Of a stretch of DNA of 64,000 nt, positions 1-18,425 are shown piece after piece; position 1 is the stretch's first letter; every line of letters starts with the position of its first letter. The position numbers and the translations under genes were made by a program. Location of the stretch: the NCBI RefSeq assembly GCF_009914755.1, contig NC_060928.1; one strand, written 5' to 3'. This stretch comes from the human T2T-CHM13v2.0 reference genome, Homo sapiens. The notes below the pieces were generated by a model that ran no database searches, was not told where the DNA came from, and saw only the letters and a list, made by a program, of their open reading frames with translations.

Positions 1-826
1 TGACTCCTAGAATAGCAGCCTCTCAATGATTATTAATTGAATGAATGAGTAACTCTCCACAAGGGCGTCTCTTTTTGAGATGAAGACTTCTGTGTAAATA
101 GCTTTAGTTCAGATTGCCGATCATAGTATTTTTGCAGTAATTGACCAGAATACTATCAACTTTTTTTTTTTTTTTCTGACACAAGGTCTCACTCTGTTGC
201 CCAGGCTGGAGTGCAACAGCACAATCTGGGCTCACCGCAGCCTCCGCCTCCCAGGTTCAAGTGAGTCTCCCACCTAGCCTCCCAAGTACCAAGTACCTGG
301 GACTACAGGTGTCCGCCACCATGTCCAGCTAATGTTTGTATTTTTTCTAGAGACAGGTTTTCACCATGTGGGCCAGGCTGGTCTCAAGCTCCTGACCTCA
401 GTTGATCCACCTGCCTCAGCCTCCCAAAGTGTTGGGATTACAGGTGTGAGCCATCGCATCTGGCCAAGTTCTTTTTTTGAGTTACCTAAAGAACTTCAGC
501 ATGGTTCCCCAGAGTTACTTCTTATCTGCCTTGATTGTGAGACCACATTTCAACTTGCTTTACATACATCAGCTGGGATAGACTACTGATGGCAGGTGAA
601 CTTGTATCACAGAACTGGATGTGTTTTACACAAGCTTTATTTTGGGTATTCTCGCCTTGCTATTTCCCATGAAATACAGCTTACCGATGACAATGGGAGA
701 ATCAATGAAAAGGCTGATGTACAATCTGTGCAAGTCCAAATAAATGCTCACTTGGAAGTTTCAATAAAATCTTCAATAAGCTTTAACATGGAGTTTGACA
801 TAGTGTTAGTGACACACTTTGCATGA

Positions 827-1469
<643 letters not shown>

Positions 1470-2943
1470 CCCATTTTCTATTTCTACTTTTATGTACCCT
1501 CTGGCCCTCTATTCTGCTGTCAGAGACATAGGAGTGTTTCCTTATTAAATGGGTTATTTTGAAATGAGTTTTTACCTCTGTATTTTGGGAGAGTCACAAC
1601 AAACCAAACCGTTCCAAAACTACTCTTCATGTAAAATTTCATAAATTCAAATAAACATTCCAACCCAGAAGGGGTCACTAACAAATAACAAATGCCCTAC
1701 TACAATCTAAACGGAATATAATCCTTCTAGCCCCAGCTCTCTACAGCATATTTTGCATAGGTACCCAGGAGCTAACGATGGGCATTATAGTTGGATACAT
1801 CAGCTTCACACATTTTAATCATTTCCAGAAATTAAACAGTAAAAGATGCCTGACCAGAGAAAAATATTTAATCAGTAAGAAAGCCGGTATTAATTTTATG
1901 TCTAAGGGTTATCATGTAAAGCTGTGGAAGTAAACAAGAAGGAAGATGGATTATGCTTATCCAGTTATAGATTTTGTTAGAAAAAGGAGTACAGCAACGG
2001 GAGAAGAAATGAGATCTTTTCAATCAGGGTTGTCTACCCCTTACCTTAAACTGGATCCTGGCCACTAATAAGCACATCTCAGAGCAGACAGTCAGCTCTT
2101 TCATTTCCAGAACCCCCCTGAAGAAAGACTACTGTTCTCCATTTCTTAAGGGATTTGAAGAAACTCAAAGGCTCACTGTGTCTTTGAGGTCTGTCGATAG
2201 ACAGCTACTGCTCTGTATGCCCATGAATAGATCCCTACCAGCGAACCCCTCTTTTCTCTATACTAGAATTCCTAACCCTACTAAGTTATCTTCCTATATA
2301 TTTATAGGACGTATAATTTTTCAAGATCTCACACAAACATGGTCTCCCGAGGCACCCAGGAAAGGCCTTCCCCGACATCAAACAGAGCAATTCTGTGGTG
2401 TAGGGGGCCAACAATGGATTCCAGGACATCCCGGACAGATATCACGGCAGTCTTAGTATTTTGCTCTCAAGAGGGCTTTCTGGCTTCGTTTCTCTTTGGT
2501 TTCTTAAGAGGGGCGGCATGAGAAAAGCAGGAGCCCCTCAGGTGAGCAGACTCTTAAACACAAACAAAAGACTACGACTCTGCGGCCAAAATGAGGTCCC
2601 CAACGAGAGAACCGCTTCCTGTGGTGGGCGTTCGGCTTTGGAGGCGGCAGGGAAATCTCATCCAAGTCAGGAAAGTGGGTAAAGGCAGAAAGAGAAGGGG
2701 CTGGAAGACTCACGAGTCTTGAATAAGAAGCCCAGACGACCACATCCCCAGGACAGCAGTTCCAAAATGCGGTTCCCGCCCTAAGCCCCAAAAAGACGAA
2801 GGTCGTGAGACGGGAAGCCCGGGACCCAGCGCAGCGAGCGACCGGGAGCAGCGCGCACACCCCAGCCCCGCTCCCTCCACATCCCGCCCAGACCTGGGAG
2901 CATCCCGCCCGGGCGGCGGGGCCAGCCTGGGAGCGGCGCTTAC

Positions 2944-3100
2944 CCACTTCCCAGCAGCAAGCGCAGGGACCGCTCCTAATCCGATCGTTCGGACAGCACC
3001 TTCCTACGGGCCGCGCTGCCGCAGCTTCTCCACCCGCGCCCCGCTCGATCTGAGCTCCCTCTCGGCGCACGCCCCTCCCTCAGGCTGCCACGCGTTACAC
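2944..3100 (-). other. UGDH: UGDH (UDP-glucose 6-dehydrogenase) non-coding exon 1 (5'UTR); coding exons lie left of the window
   Basis: Minus strand reads ...CCCTGCGCTTGCTGCTGGGAAGTGG|GTAAG, a consensus donor (GT at 2943-2942). I recognise this as the UGDH 5'UTR from memory. A TATA-like element sits ~25-30 nt upstream. The TSS position is approximate. Confidence 0.8.
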
Positions 3101-3123
3101 TCTGAGTCCCGGGCCTGAGCCCG

Positions 3124-3131
3124 TATTTAAA
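3124..3131 (-). promoter_or_regulatory. TATA-like box (TTTAAATA) of the minus-strand promoter
   Basis: Isolated AT-rich octamer within the CpG island, ~25-30 nt upstream of the inferred exon 1 start. Confidence 0.55.
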
Positions 3132-3499
3132 GGCTTTTGCCTGCGAAGGCGGAGGCTTCATTCCCCCGCAGCCAGGCCCTCCTGGACTCTGCCCTCAGCT
3201 GCTTCCTAGCTCCCCCTCCCGCTACACAAGGCCCAGGGCCAGGTCCCTATTTCCTTCACGGCTCAGGGGCGGGGAGACTGGGGCTGGTCCTGGCTGGGAG
3301 GGCCTGCCCCGCCCCTGGCCTAGCTGGGCAAATCCGCTTTGGCCAGCTCAGCGGCTCCGCCCCTACCGCGAGCGGCGCTGGGCGGGGCTGCGTGCGTGGC
3401 GTGTCCGCTGGACCAGGGGACGGGGGCGCGCCGCAGGTGTAGGAGCTTTGCGCGCCTACCTGGCGGTCGTGGGTCGAGGAGGGGTCAAGAATTGTTGTC

Positions 3500-3999
3500 T
3501 AGCAGCCCTCTCCCCGCTGCCCTGTCCTGGCCGAGGCAAAGGCCGCGTGCGCTCCGCGTCTGCCAGGCTTTAGGGCTGCGCGGACACTGGGTGGGTGGTG
3601 GGCCGAGGCGACCGGAAGGTCCTGGCCGCCTTTCCGGTCTCCTCAGCACCCTGGAGCGCCGCCCTCGGGTTTCGGTCTCCTGGATCTGCGGGTCGGTCTC
3701 GGCGGGCGGATTACTCCTCGCCCACAACCTCGAGGCCCCGGGGTCAACCGCGCCCTCCGGGCCGGCAACCCAGGGTTTAGTCAGATTCCTCCTGACCCAC
3801 CGCTTCTGGGAAAGAGGCGCCTCCCGTCAGGAGGATGCTGAGTTCCTCATGACTGGACCAGTGAGTGTCCACTCCCTGGTCCCTGGCGAGAGAGGCGGGA
3901 CCCCCACGCCCTCCTGGCGCTCTTTGCAGAGATGTTCCTCAGGCCCAATCCGGGATTTGGGATGTCTGTGCGTGCTGTGGAGCAGAGAGTTTGCAACAT
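3500..3999 (+). ncRNA. UGDH-AS1: Candidate first exon of the divergent lncRNA UGDH-AS1, which would run antisense across SMIM14
   Basis: Plus-strand donors CCA|GTGAGT (3861) and CAT|GTAAGT (4000) at the right edge of the CpG island. The name comes from recalled locus organisation. The start and the downstream exons cannot be fixed from sequence. Confidence 0.5.
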
Positions 4000-4364
4000 G
4001 TAAGTGCCGTGCGTGAGGAAGAGTAAAATTAACCTATGGAGCCTGCTCATTTTTAATGTGGAGGGCAGTTCCGTTCCTTTCTTTCGCCGCTTCGAGGTCA
4101 TTTTAACACTCAAATCTAACATATAAGAAAAAAAGCCAGGCATAATCATGGCCTTTTATTTCCCTCATTAAGGATTACATCAGGTGACATAAGCCATTTT
4201 AACATACATCATGAAGAAAGTGATTAGTAATTTATAAAGGCACATTAAAATACCATATAAATTACGGTTTTCTTGATAGGATCATGATGGTGACTTTAAG
4301 AAAGTGGTTGAATGTGGATGAAACAGTTTGCTGTGGATTGTAGCACGTGTGGCAGGATATGTAG

Positions 4365-4929
<565 letters not shown>

Positions 4930-5376
4930 TTAGCCGGGTGAGGCGGTGGGCACCTGTAATCCCAGCTGCTCAGGAGGCTCCCTGTTGCAGTGAGCCGAGA
5001 TCACACCACTGCCCTGCAGCCTGGGGAACAGAACGAGACACTGTCTCAGAAAAATAACCAAACAAAAAAGACTCATTTCCTTCTTGCAAAGCTCACAGGT
5101 TGGGTAGAAGAGATATGTAAACAAGTAATTGCACTAGATATGACAAGTACATCTTTTTGAACATACATAGATTTAAGTTATCTAATACAGTTTGCTTTGT
5201 AATAAAAACCACTTATCTTAGTCCCTTCATTTTGAATTCAACATTTTTCTATTTAGTATTCACCTCACATTCTTTTTTAGTATTTTGGTAGAATCAGACT
5301 CTTCAAAACGGTTAATAGGATTTCAGAAATTAAGTCAATTTTCAGTGCCAGCTAGAATGGACCTTTGGATTTAGGA

Positions 5377-5840
5377 CAGAGGTTCTCCAAATGTGAGCTG
5401 GGGACTGTAGACAATCTCCGAGGTTCTTTCTGGGATCCATGAGGTCAAAAAGTTTTCATGTGTTACTTGCTTTTTTCACTCTTGTTCTCTCAGAAGTGTA
5501 CAATGAAGTTTTGTGGAGACTATAATGTGCTATCAAAGCAAATAGAATTAAGCTGTTTTTTAAGTCAGATATTAGAGATTTACAAAAATGTAAAACAATG
5601 CCAATCTTATCTTTTGTTTTTAAAATATAGTAATTTTTCATTAAAATATGATATTTATGTTAACATGTAATGGGCTTATTGTCAATTTTAAGGAATTAAT
5701 CTTTTATATATAATTTATCAGTTTTCATTTCTAATATGGTAAATACCAATAGTTACAATCCACATGAAAAAAACTTCTTTGAGTCTTCAATTTTTAAACA
5801 TGCCAAGGGGTCTTGATACTACAAACTTTGAGAACTGCCA
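5377..5840 (+). mobile_element. hAT-Charlie DNA transposon relic (Charlie4a-like)
   Basis: Ends caga-ggttctccaaatgtg and aaactttgagaactg resemble inverted termini. Internal gaggtcaaaa...ttttcactcttgttctctc matches my recall of the family. Confidence 0.6.
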
Positions 5841-5930
5841 AGGTAGGCTAGTTATTTTCAAATTATGTTTCATGGAGCCCTGAATCCTCTGGTAGTGTGT
5901 CAGAAATCTGTGAGGATAGAGAATCAGTAG

Positions 5931-6140
<210 letters not shown>

Positions 6141-6143
6141 TAG

Positions 6144-7570
<1,427 letters not shown>

Positions 7571-7736
7571 AAGGTATTGTTTGGGTAAAACATAAGCCTT
7601 TCTTTCCTTTCTTTTTTTTTTTTTACAGGGTCTCACTTTGTCACCCAGGCTGGAATGCATTGGCATGAACACGTCTCACTGCAGCCTCAACCTCCCAGGC
7701 TGAAGTGACCCTCCAACTCTGCTTTCACAGTAGCTG

Positions 7737-11289
<3,553 letters not shown>

Positions 11290-12149
11290 ATGATCCATTA
11301 CCTAGGGTAAAATTCTCCTGAATGTCAAACAAAGAGATAAACTACATTTGGGTTTTGGGTAAGTCCCCTGTAATGATGAATCAAGAATCCTCAAGTCTGT
11401 CTTGCCACCCATTTAATACGTATTTTTGTTAAGGCTGAAGTTTAGAGTTAGAATCAGGACATTTTGGCCTATTGAGAGGTTCTGAATTCCAACAGAAGAT
11501 GCCATGTAAATCAGTGAATTTGATTCTTTTAAAAGCAACTTACAAAATTTACAAGATGTATTCAATAAAGCAGTTTAGCTTTGGTATATCAAACCTTATA
11601 ATGAACCATTTTTCCCACTTCATCTTATGCAATGTTTAATATTTTCTATTTTTGTCAAGGATATTAAACCTACACCTGGAAACATATTAAATGCCAACTT
11701 AAAATGTGAGAAGTTTGGCAGAACTCAGACCCATTCTTCCAATTTCCAAGCTGTTTAATCACACTGATTCAGACACTCCGGATAGCAGCTGGGATTGTAG
11801 TTATCTTTATGCTTTGAGCTCTCTAGTTTTGTCTGCACATCTTATAAAATATCCCCTCCTCATTCTCCTCTAGCTGGAACACTAACCCAATGGATGTTGT
11901 GGTGAACTTTCTTTGACCAGGCAGAGAAGTGCAGCATTGGGTGGACCATGCACAACCAGTTTGAGAAGCACTGCTCTAGGGGTTGGGGGAGCAACAATAG
12001 AAAGAGTGTAGGTTCTGAATACCTGAAGCATACATTTTAGCTCTAGACTGCTTATATTGTTGTTACATGAAAGAGAACTTTTAATCTGGTTTAAACCACT
12101 GGATCTCTTTATTCCAGCAAGTGAATCTATATCCAACTAATATTTACTC

Positions 12150-12760
12150 CCAGTCTGTTCTTTCTCACCCCTCTTTCCCTTACTATAAACCTTTTCTATA
12201 TCAATTTATATCATTAGTTGCTCAGCCCACAAACCAGATGTCACTTTTGTTTTCTCTTTTCCTTCCCATTCATAGCCAGGCCATCATTGTGACTTATTGG
12301 CTGTACCTCCAAAATATATCCCAGATCTGATCTCTTCTTATAATTTGTACTGCTACAACCTTAGTCAAAGCCACTAATATCTCTTATCTGAACTCCAATG
12401 GTTTACTAGTTTTCTGCCTCTCTTCTTGACACAATTCATCTTTCTACATAGCAGCCAGAGTAAGATAAAATCATAAATCAGATCATATAACTTCTACCCC
12501 CTGTACCAATGGCTATCTTTTATACTCAGAATAAAATCCAAAACCTTTATTTGGCTTCCAAGATCCTACAAGATAGAGACCTTACTTCTCATCTTGTACC
12601 CATCATTTGATCTTCAGTCCCTTGAAAATGCCAAGTCTATTTCCATTTCAGGGCCTTTGTGCTTGTTACTATTGTTTCTTTTCTCTTGGAAAACTGCCCA
12701 GATCTTTCCTTAGCTGAATTATTCAGATCCCAACTCAAATATCATCTCTTTAGAAAATTC
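12150..12760 (+). mobile_element. L2 LINE fragment
   Basis: Degenerate L2 3' motifs (cctccaaaatatatcccagatctg, agtcaaagccac, catagcagccagag, aaatcagatcat, tcagggccttt). Confidence 0.6.
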
Positions 12761-13093
12761 TTTCAGAACCAGGTGTGGTGGTGCACACCTGTAATCTCAG
12801 CTACTCGAGTGGCTGAGGCTGATGGATTTCTTGAGCCCAGAAGTCTGAGGCCAGCCTGGGCAATATAGCAAGATCCTGTCAAAAAGAAAAAGGTATCTCA
12901 CCATGATTATATTTTAATTTCCCTTCAGCAATTAGAAGTCCCTGAAATTAATTTACCTTATTTGTTGGCATTTGTTGGCATTGTGCAAGTAATGCTTGCA
13001 CCCAGGAGGCAGAGTTTGCAGTGAGCTGAGATCACGCCACTGCACTCTAGCTTGGGCAATAGGGCGAGACTGAGTCTCAAAATAAATAAATAA

Positions 13094-13327
<234 letters not shown>

Positions 13328-13761
13328 TGATCTGCCCACCTCGGCCTTCCAGAGTGCTGGGATTACAGGCATGAGCCACCATGGGCCCACAAAGCTATTT
13401 TACTTAGCATTTTTTTTCCCGAGGCTAAATTGGGAACTACTGACAATACTATTGACAATACTAAATATATTTTTAAATTATTTTACTTATTTTTGAGACA
13501 GGGTCTCACTGTGTCACCCACGCTGTAGTGCAGTGAACCATCACCACTCACTGCAGTCTCACCCTTCCTGAACTCAGGTGATCCTCCCACCTCAGCCTCC
13601 TGAGTAGCTGGGACTACAGGCATGCACCACCATGCCTGGCTAATTTTTAAAATTTTTTGTAGAGATGGAGTTTCGCCATGTTGCCCAGGCTGGTCTCAAA
13701 CTTCTGGGTTCAAGTGATGCAAGTGTCTCAGCCTCCTAAAGTGCTAGGATTACAGGCGTAA

Positions 13762-14079
<318 letters not shown>

Positions 14080-14338
14080 TGAGCCACCATGCCCACCAAC
14101 CTATTTTTTATTTTAAAAAATTGACAGCATACTAAATGTTTGTAATGCAAATGATAAAATTGCTACAATGAAAACAAGAAGTTGAGAATTAGATGAAGAG
14201 TTGATTAAGGGAACTATGAGTCACTGTGTTAGAGCATGTATATTATGAAAATTATAGCAGAAGTGATAAAGGGTGACAATTTTTACCTATCTTCAATCAA
14301 AAGCTCTTTGAATATCTTTCTTTTTTTTAATTTTATGA

Positions 14339-14497
<159 letters not shown>

Positions 14498-14906
14498 TAG
14501 CATCAGAGAATTATTAATACTAGAGGGCACAAGGAATTAGCCATTGCCAGTGGACACCTACATAGGTGTGACTATGTGACTCAGTTTTAAAAATGTGACA
14601 CAATGAAAAAATTCCTTGGATGTTATGGAGGACGAAAATTTTGTAAGTCCTATCCATTCTTTAATGGAGAAACTAAAATTTACAATATTACTTTATTTAG
14701 CCCAAGATTTTCTTAAGCTTTGTATTTTCTAATTCAGCTTTGGCTTACAGAATCATGCTTGAAGTTTGAGACTGCCAGCTTTCAACAGGCAGTTACTAGT
14801 GAAACTCTTTGGAAAGATGAGAAGATGTTGACATAAGTGTAATGTGAGACAAAGCAAAGTAAAATGTAATTTTTAAGAAAATGTTGCCGGGTGTGATGGT
14901 GGCTCA

Positions 14907-15342
14907 TGTTGCTGTTGGTTGCTATGGGAGTGAACGAAGGGGGACGAATGCAGAAATGAAGACAAAGACAAAAAGAGTATTTTTGGAAGAAGGGGTCAGG
15001 GGACTCCTTGCTTCTAGTGGGCAAGGGCCCTGAGCTTCTACAGCCCTTCATATTTATTAGGTAGAAAGAGCAGGGAGGGAGAGGTAACAGTTGGTCAGCT
15101 GCTTGATTTATCACAGGTACACATAATTGCTTCCTTTGTACAACAGGCTTCAGATGTTACTATAGATAATCACAAGGAACACTGCGCTTGGGGCATGACT
15201 GCCCTCAGCAACCCTTCTGGCGGCAGACACAGTTGTTAGTTTTCCAACATCCTGCTTTCATGAGAACAGTTTTCTGTTTGCTCATATAGCCTTCAGTGGT
15301 ATACTGAGTTGGTCACGACCTTCATTCTTTCGGCCTGTAACA
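14907..15342 (-). repeat. 3' LTR (LTR3 family), 436 bp
   Basis: Direct repeat of 19608-20037, preceded on the minus strand by the purine-rich tract AAAACAAAAATGGGGAGA (15343-15360). Confidence 0.92.
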
Positions 15343-15344
15343 TC

Positions 15345-17189
15345 TCCCCATTTTTGTTTTTGCATTAATTGAATAAAGGTAATTGCAGGTTGTGCAGCTC
15401 TCAATTGCCGTTTGGTGGTCCAGCTGATTTTGCAGACTGTTAACAAAAAACAGAAATATAATAACATTAATCCCATAGTTACAAAAAAGACATTGAGATG
15501 CTATTTGAAGTAGGTCCCAGGGTTAAGGCTGTCTAAACCTTGCTGGAATTCTGCCCAAGCTTTTAAAGAGGGCTGAAACGCTTGAGTCTGCTTATTCAAG
15601 TTAAGGATTTTACTTTGTAAATCATTAATATCAAAAGTAACATTGAATGTGAAAGCTCCCTGTAAATGGGCTTTTACAAGGCTCAATGGATATTCACTTT
15701 GGTTATATACCAAATTGGTCACACAAATATGAGTATGATTAAAATGACAACGCATTGCTGCTGCAACTGCAAACTTTGTACTTGTTCCCCTAGCCATAGA
15801 ACAGTAGTCTTTAACATTGCCACCTCTGTTTGTATTTCGGTGTTAATTTTATTTTGAAGCATCCATGCCTGGTCGACTGTGCATGTCCAGTTTTCCACAT
15901 ATTGAGCTGTTTGAATGGAGCTGTGCGTTGCTGCTGAGGACAACACAACAGAGGTTATTAATGTAACTAAGGAGACTATAACAAAAATTATCATGCCTAA
16001 GGCTCTATGAGCACGATGAGTAAGCGGAGTAAAAAGGAGTTTCATAAGATGTAAAGCGGGGGTGGCTGCCCAAGGCTAAGATAAATTTACAGGAATTCAT
16101 AATCCAGGAACATGACCTAGAATTGTTAGGGTGGATATGTCATGTGTTTGTATTGTGCTATGATTAAGGCAATGATACAGTTGACAGGAATCACAAGTCA
16201 ATTGGGCATCATCTACCTGGAGGTGGGTTTTTTTTGCTGCTAAGAAAATATAAGGATTAAAAACAAATTGTAAATTGAGTGGTAATATTTTCTACAAGGG
16301 TAACATTAAAACTGTGTTTAGCACAATTACTATTATTGGATAGTGTCCCAATCCAAATGCTGCCATTCATAAATGGGAGTGCTGCTTTCCATATTGACTC
16401 CTGAATTGGACCTCTCTTTCCTTGATAATGCCATTGAGGCAAAGGTGAGCTAAAGCATGTGCTGTGTCAAGCAATTTGGGCAGCAGATTGAGATTGAATT
16501 GCAATGTGATGTAGTGGGAGATGTTAAAGTTTTGCCACCAGTTCCAGCAAAGTTAATGCCATGAGGTCTGATGCTCATGTCTCCCAACCAAATGACCATG
16601 GGGACCCCAGTAAATAATGTCTCCCATTAGCATGGACTGTTGTCTAGCTAGGGAGCCAAGACACGGGGTCCAAGGAGGGGGGTTAGAATTATCAAAGGGA
16701 GCCCATTCTATATAATTAATACAATTTGGGTGATGGGGCCGGGAGTGATTAGTAACTACACCAGTAATATTAGTAGAACTAAGGCCCAATAGGTACGTAA
16801 ATTTTCCATGGTAACTCAACCATGCCTGGGATTGAATTGCAAGGCAACTGCAGTTGAGCAGTGTATCCTGGGTGATGCATAAAGAAAGGCCCTCCAATGG
16901 AGTGGTATAATTGATACCATTGTTCTGAGAGTCTAATTGCTCTGTGTCAGGGGGAGTTAAGGGTCCCGGTGCCCATGCTCCTTGATCATGATATATCTCA
17001 GGAGGAGTGTCACCCCGGTCATACTACCGGGGGGTTAGGAACATAAGCCCAATATGTTTTTGCCTCTGCACAGGGAAAACATAGCACACAGGATATCATA
17101 GCTAGCATGGCCATAAACATGGAGTCAGGGGTTTTTGCCTGACCCTGATGCTCCAGCAGTTTCTCATCTTCTTGTGTGGTTTTCTTGAT
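15345..17189 (-). pseudogene. HML-6 env remnant (partial leader, SU, TM), disrupted
   Basis: TYWAYVPNPP at the SU start. Degenerate cleavage site RAHR followed by the hydrophobic fusion peptide ALGMIIFVIVSLVTLITSVV. Heptad region, CHFNHTHICVT loop and TM anchor are spread over several frames. Confidence 0.88.
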
Positions 17190-18425
17190 CTGTAAAACAC
17201 AAGCATACCCTCATCCCCATGTCAGTAAATCTACCAGGCCTTTCCATTGTCCTTCTTCCAGGGATTTCCATAATACTTTTGGGTAAACTTTCCTTTTTCC
17301 CTCTAACATTTGCCAGTGTCATTCTACCGGAGTCTTATTATCTGTACCAGGAGTTAAAAAATTTAAAGTAAATAATGCTAAATGTAGTATTGTTTGAGGT
17401 GGTAACTGGTCTCCTATACCTCCTTTTTGTTTTTTCAGCGCATGTTGTAATGTTTGATGTGCCTGCTCTATAATTCCTTGTCCTCGAGGGTTATAAGGAA
17501 TTCTTGTTTTGTGAGTGACTGCCTATAACTGTAAACAATTTTGAAAAGCATGACTAACTTAAGCAGGTCCATTGTCAGTTTTTAATTGTTTAGGGACCCT
17601 CATATCGGCAAATGACAACAGACAATGTCATTGGACATGGCCAGCTGTTTCACCTGTTTGACATGTAGCATGCAGCATATGAGAATAAGTGTCTATAGTC
17701 ATATGAACATAGCTAAGTTTGTCAAAGGCTGCTATATGTGTAACATCAATTTGCCAGATTTCATTTGGAGCTAAGCCTCGTGGGTTACATCCTTCTACCG
17801 GTATAACACCAGGGACATGCTGACAAGTGGGGCAGGCTTGCACAATAGCTCGAGCCTGGCTTCGAGGCAGATGAAACATACAAGTAAGGGCAGAGGTGTT
17901 TTGATGCAGTAATGCATGAGAGGCTTCAGCTTGCTGAAACACAGAACCAATCAATTTATCTGCTCTATCATTACCTAGAGGTAGTGGTCCAGGAAGTTGT
18001 GTGTCAGAGCGAATATGAGAAATTTGAAAAGGAGCAGCATGAGAGCAAACAGCTCGCTGAAGTCTTAGAAACAAGTTAAACAGCTCTGGTTCTAGGGTGC
18101 TTTTAATAGTAGCAGTCTCAATGCGACTGGCTACATTTACAACATAGGCTAAATCACAGACAATATTAATAGGAGAGGAAGCAGTGAGCTGTAAAACCTG
18201 AATAACTGCCATTAATTCTGAGCATTGAGCTGAAACACCAGGGATTTTTATTGTTTTAATATGCTTAGGTCCATAAATAGATGCTCAGACTTTGGAAGAG
18301 CCGTCAGTGAAATAAGTCTGGCCACCTGGAATAGGCTTGTGATGAGTAATCACAGGGAGGATAAAAGGGTAAACTTTATAAAATTGCAAAACTTTGTCTG
18401 ATGGATAATGATTATCTATTATTCC
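17190..18425 (-). pseudogene. HML-6 pol remnant (connection/RNase H plus integrase; RT absent)
   Basis: YFTDGSS RNase H start. ORF 17628-18212 contains GNDRAD, an HxxxH...CPTC zinc motif and the WQIDVTH integrase core. Premature stops and frameshifts are present. Confidence 0.88.

Larger units (their letters stand above)
2780..4020. promoter_or_regulatory. CpG island / bidirectional promoter (UGDH on minus, UGDH-AS1 on plus)
   Basis: Abrupt rise in GC and CpG content relative to the CpG-depleted flanks. GC boxes GGGGCGGGG at 3266-3274 and CCCCGCCCC at 3307-3315, with more near 3355-3388. Splice donors point outward on both strands. Boundaries are approximate. Confidence 0.9.

Noticed and set aside
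2504-4016. Long ORFs in the CpG island (188 aa on minus, 225 aa on plus)
   Set aside because: They are Arg/Gly/Ala/Pro-rich open frames expected from stop-codon scarcity at high GC. They lack genuine ATG starts, show no recognisable domain, and cross splice donors.
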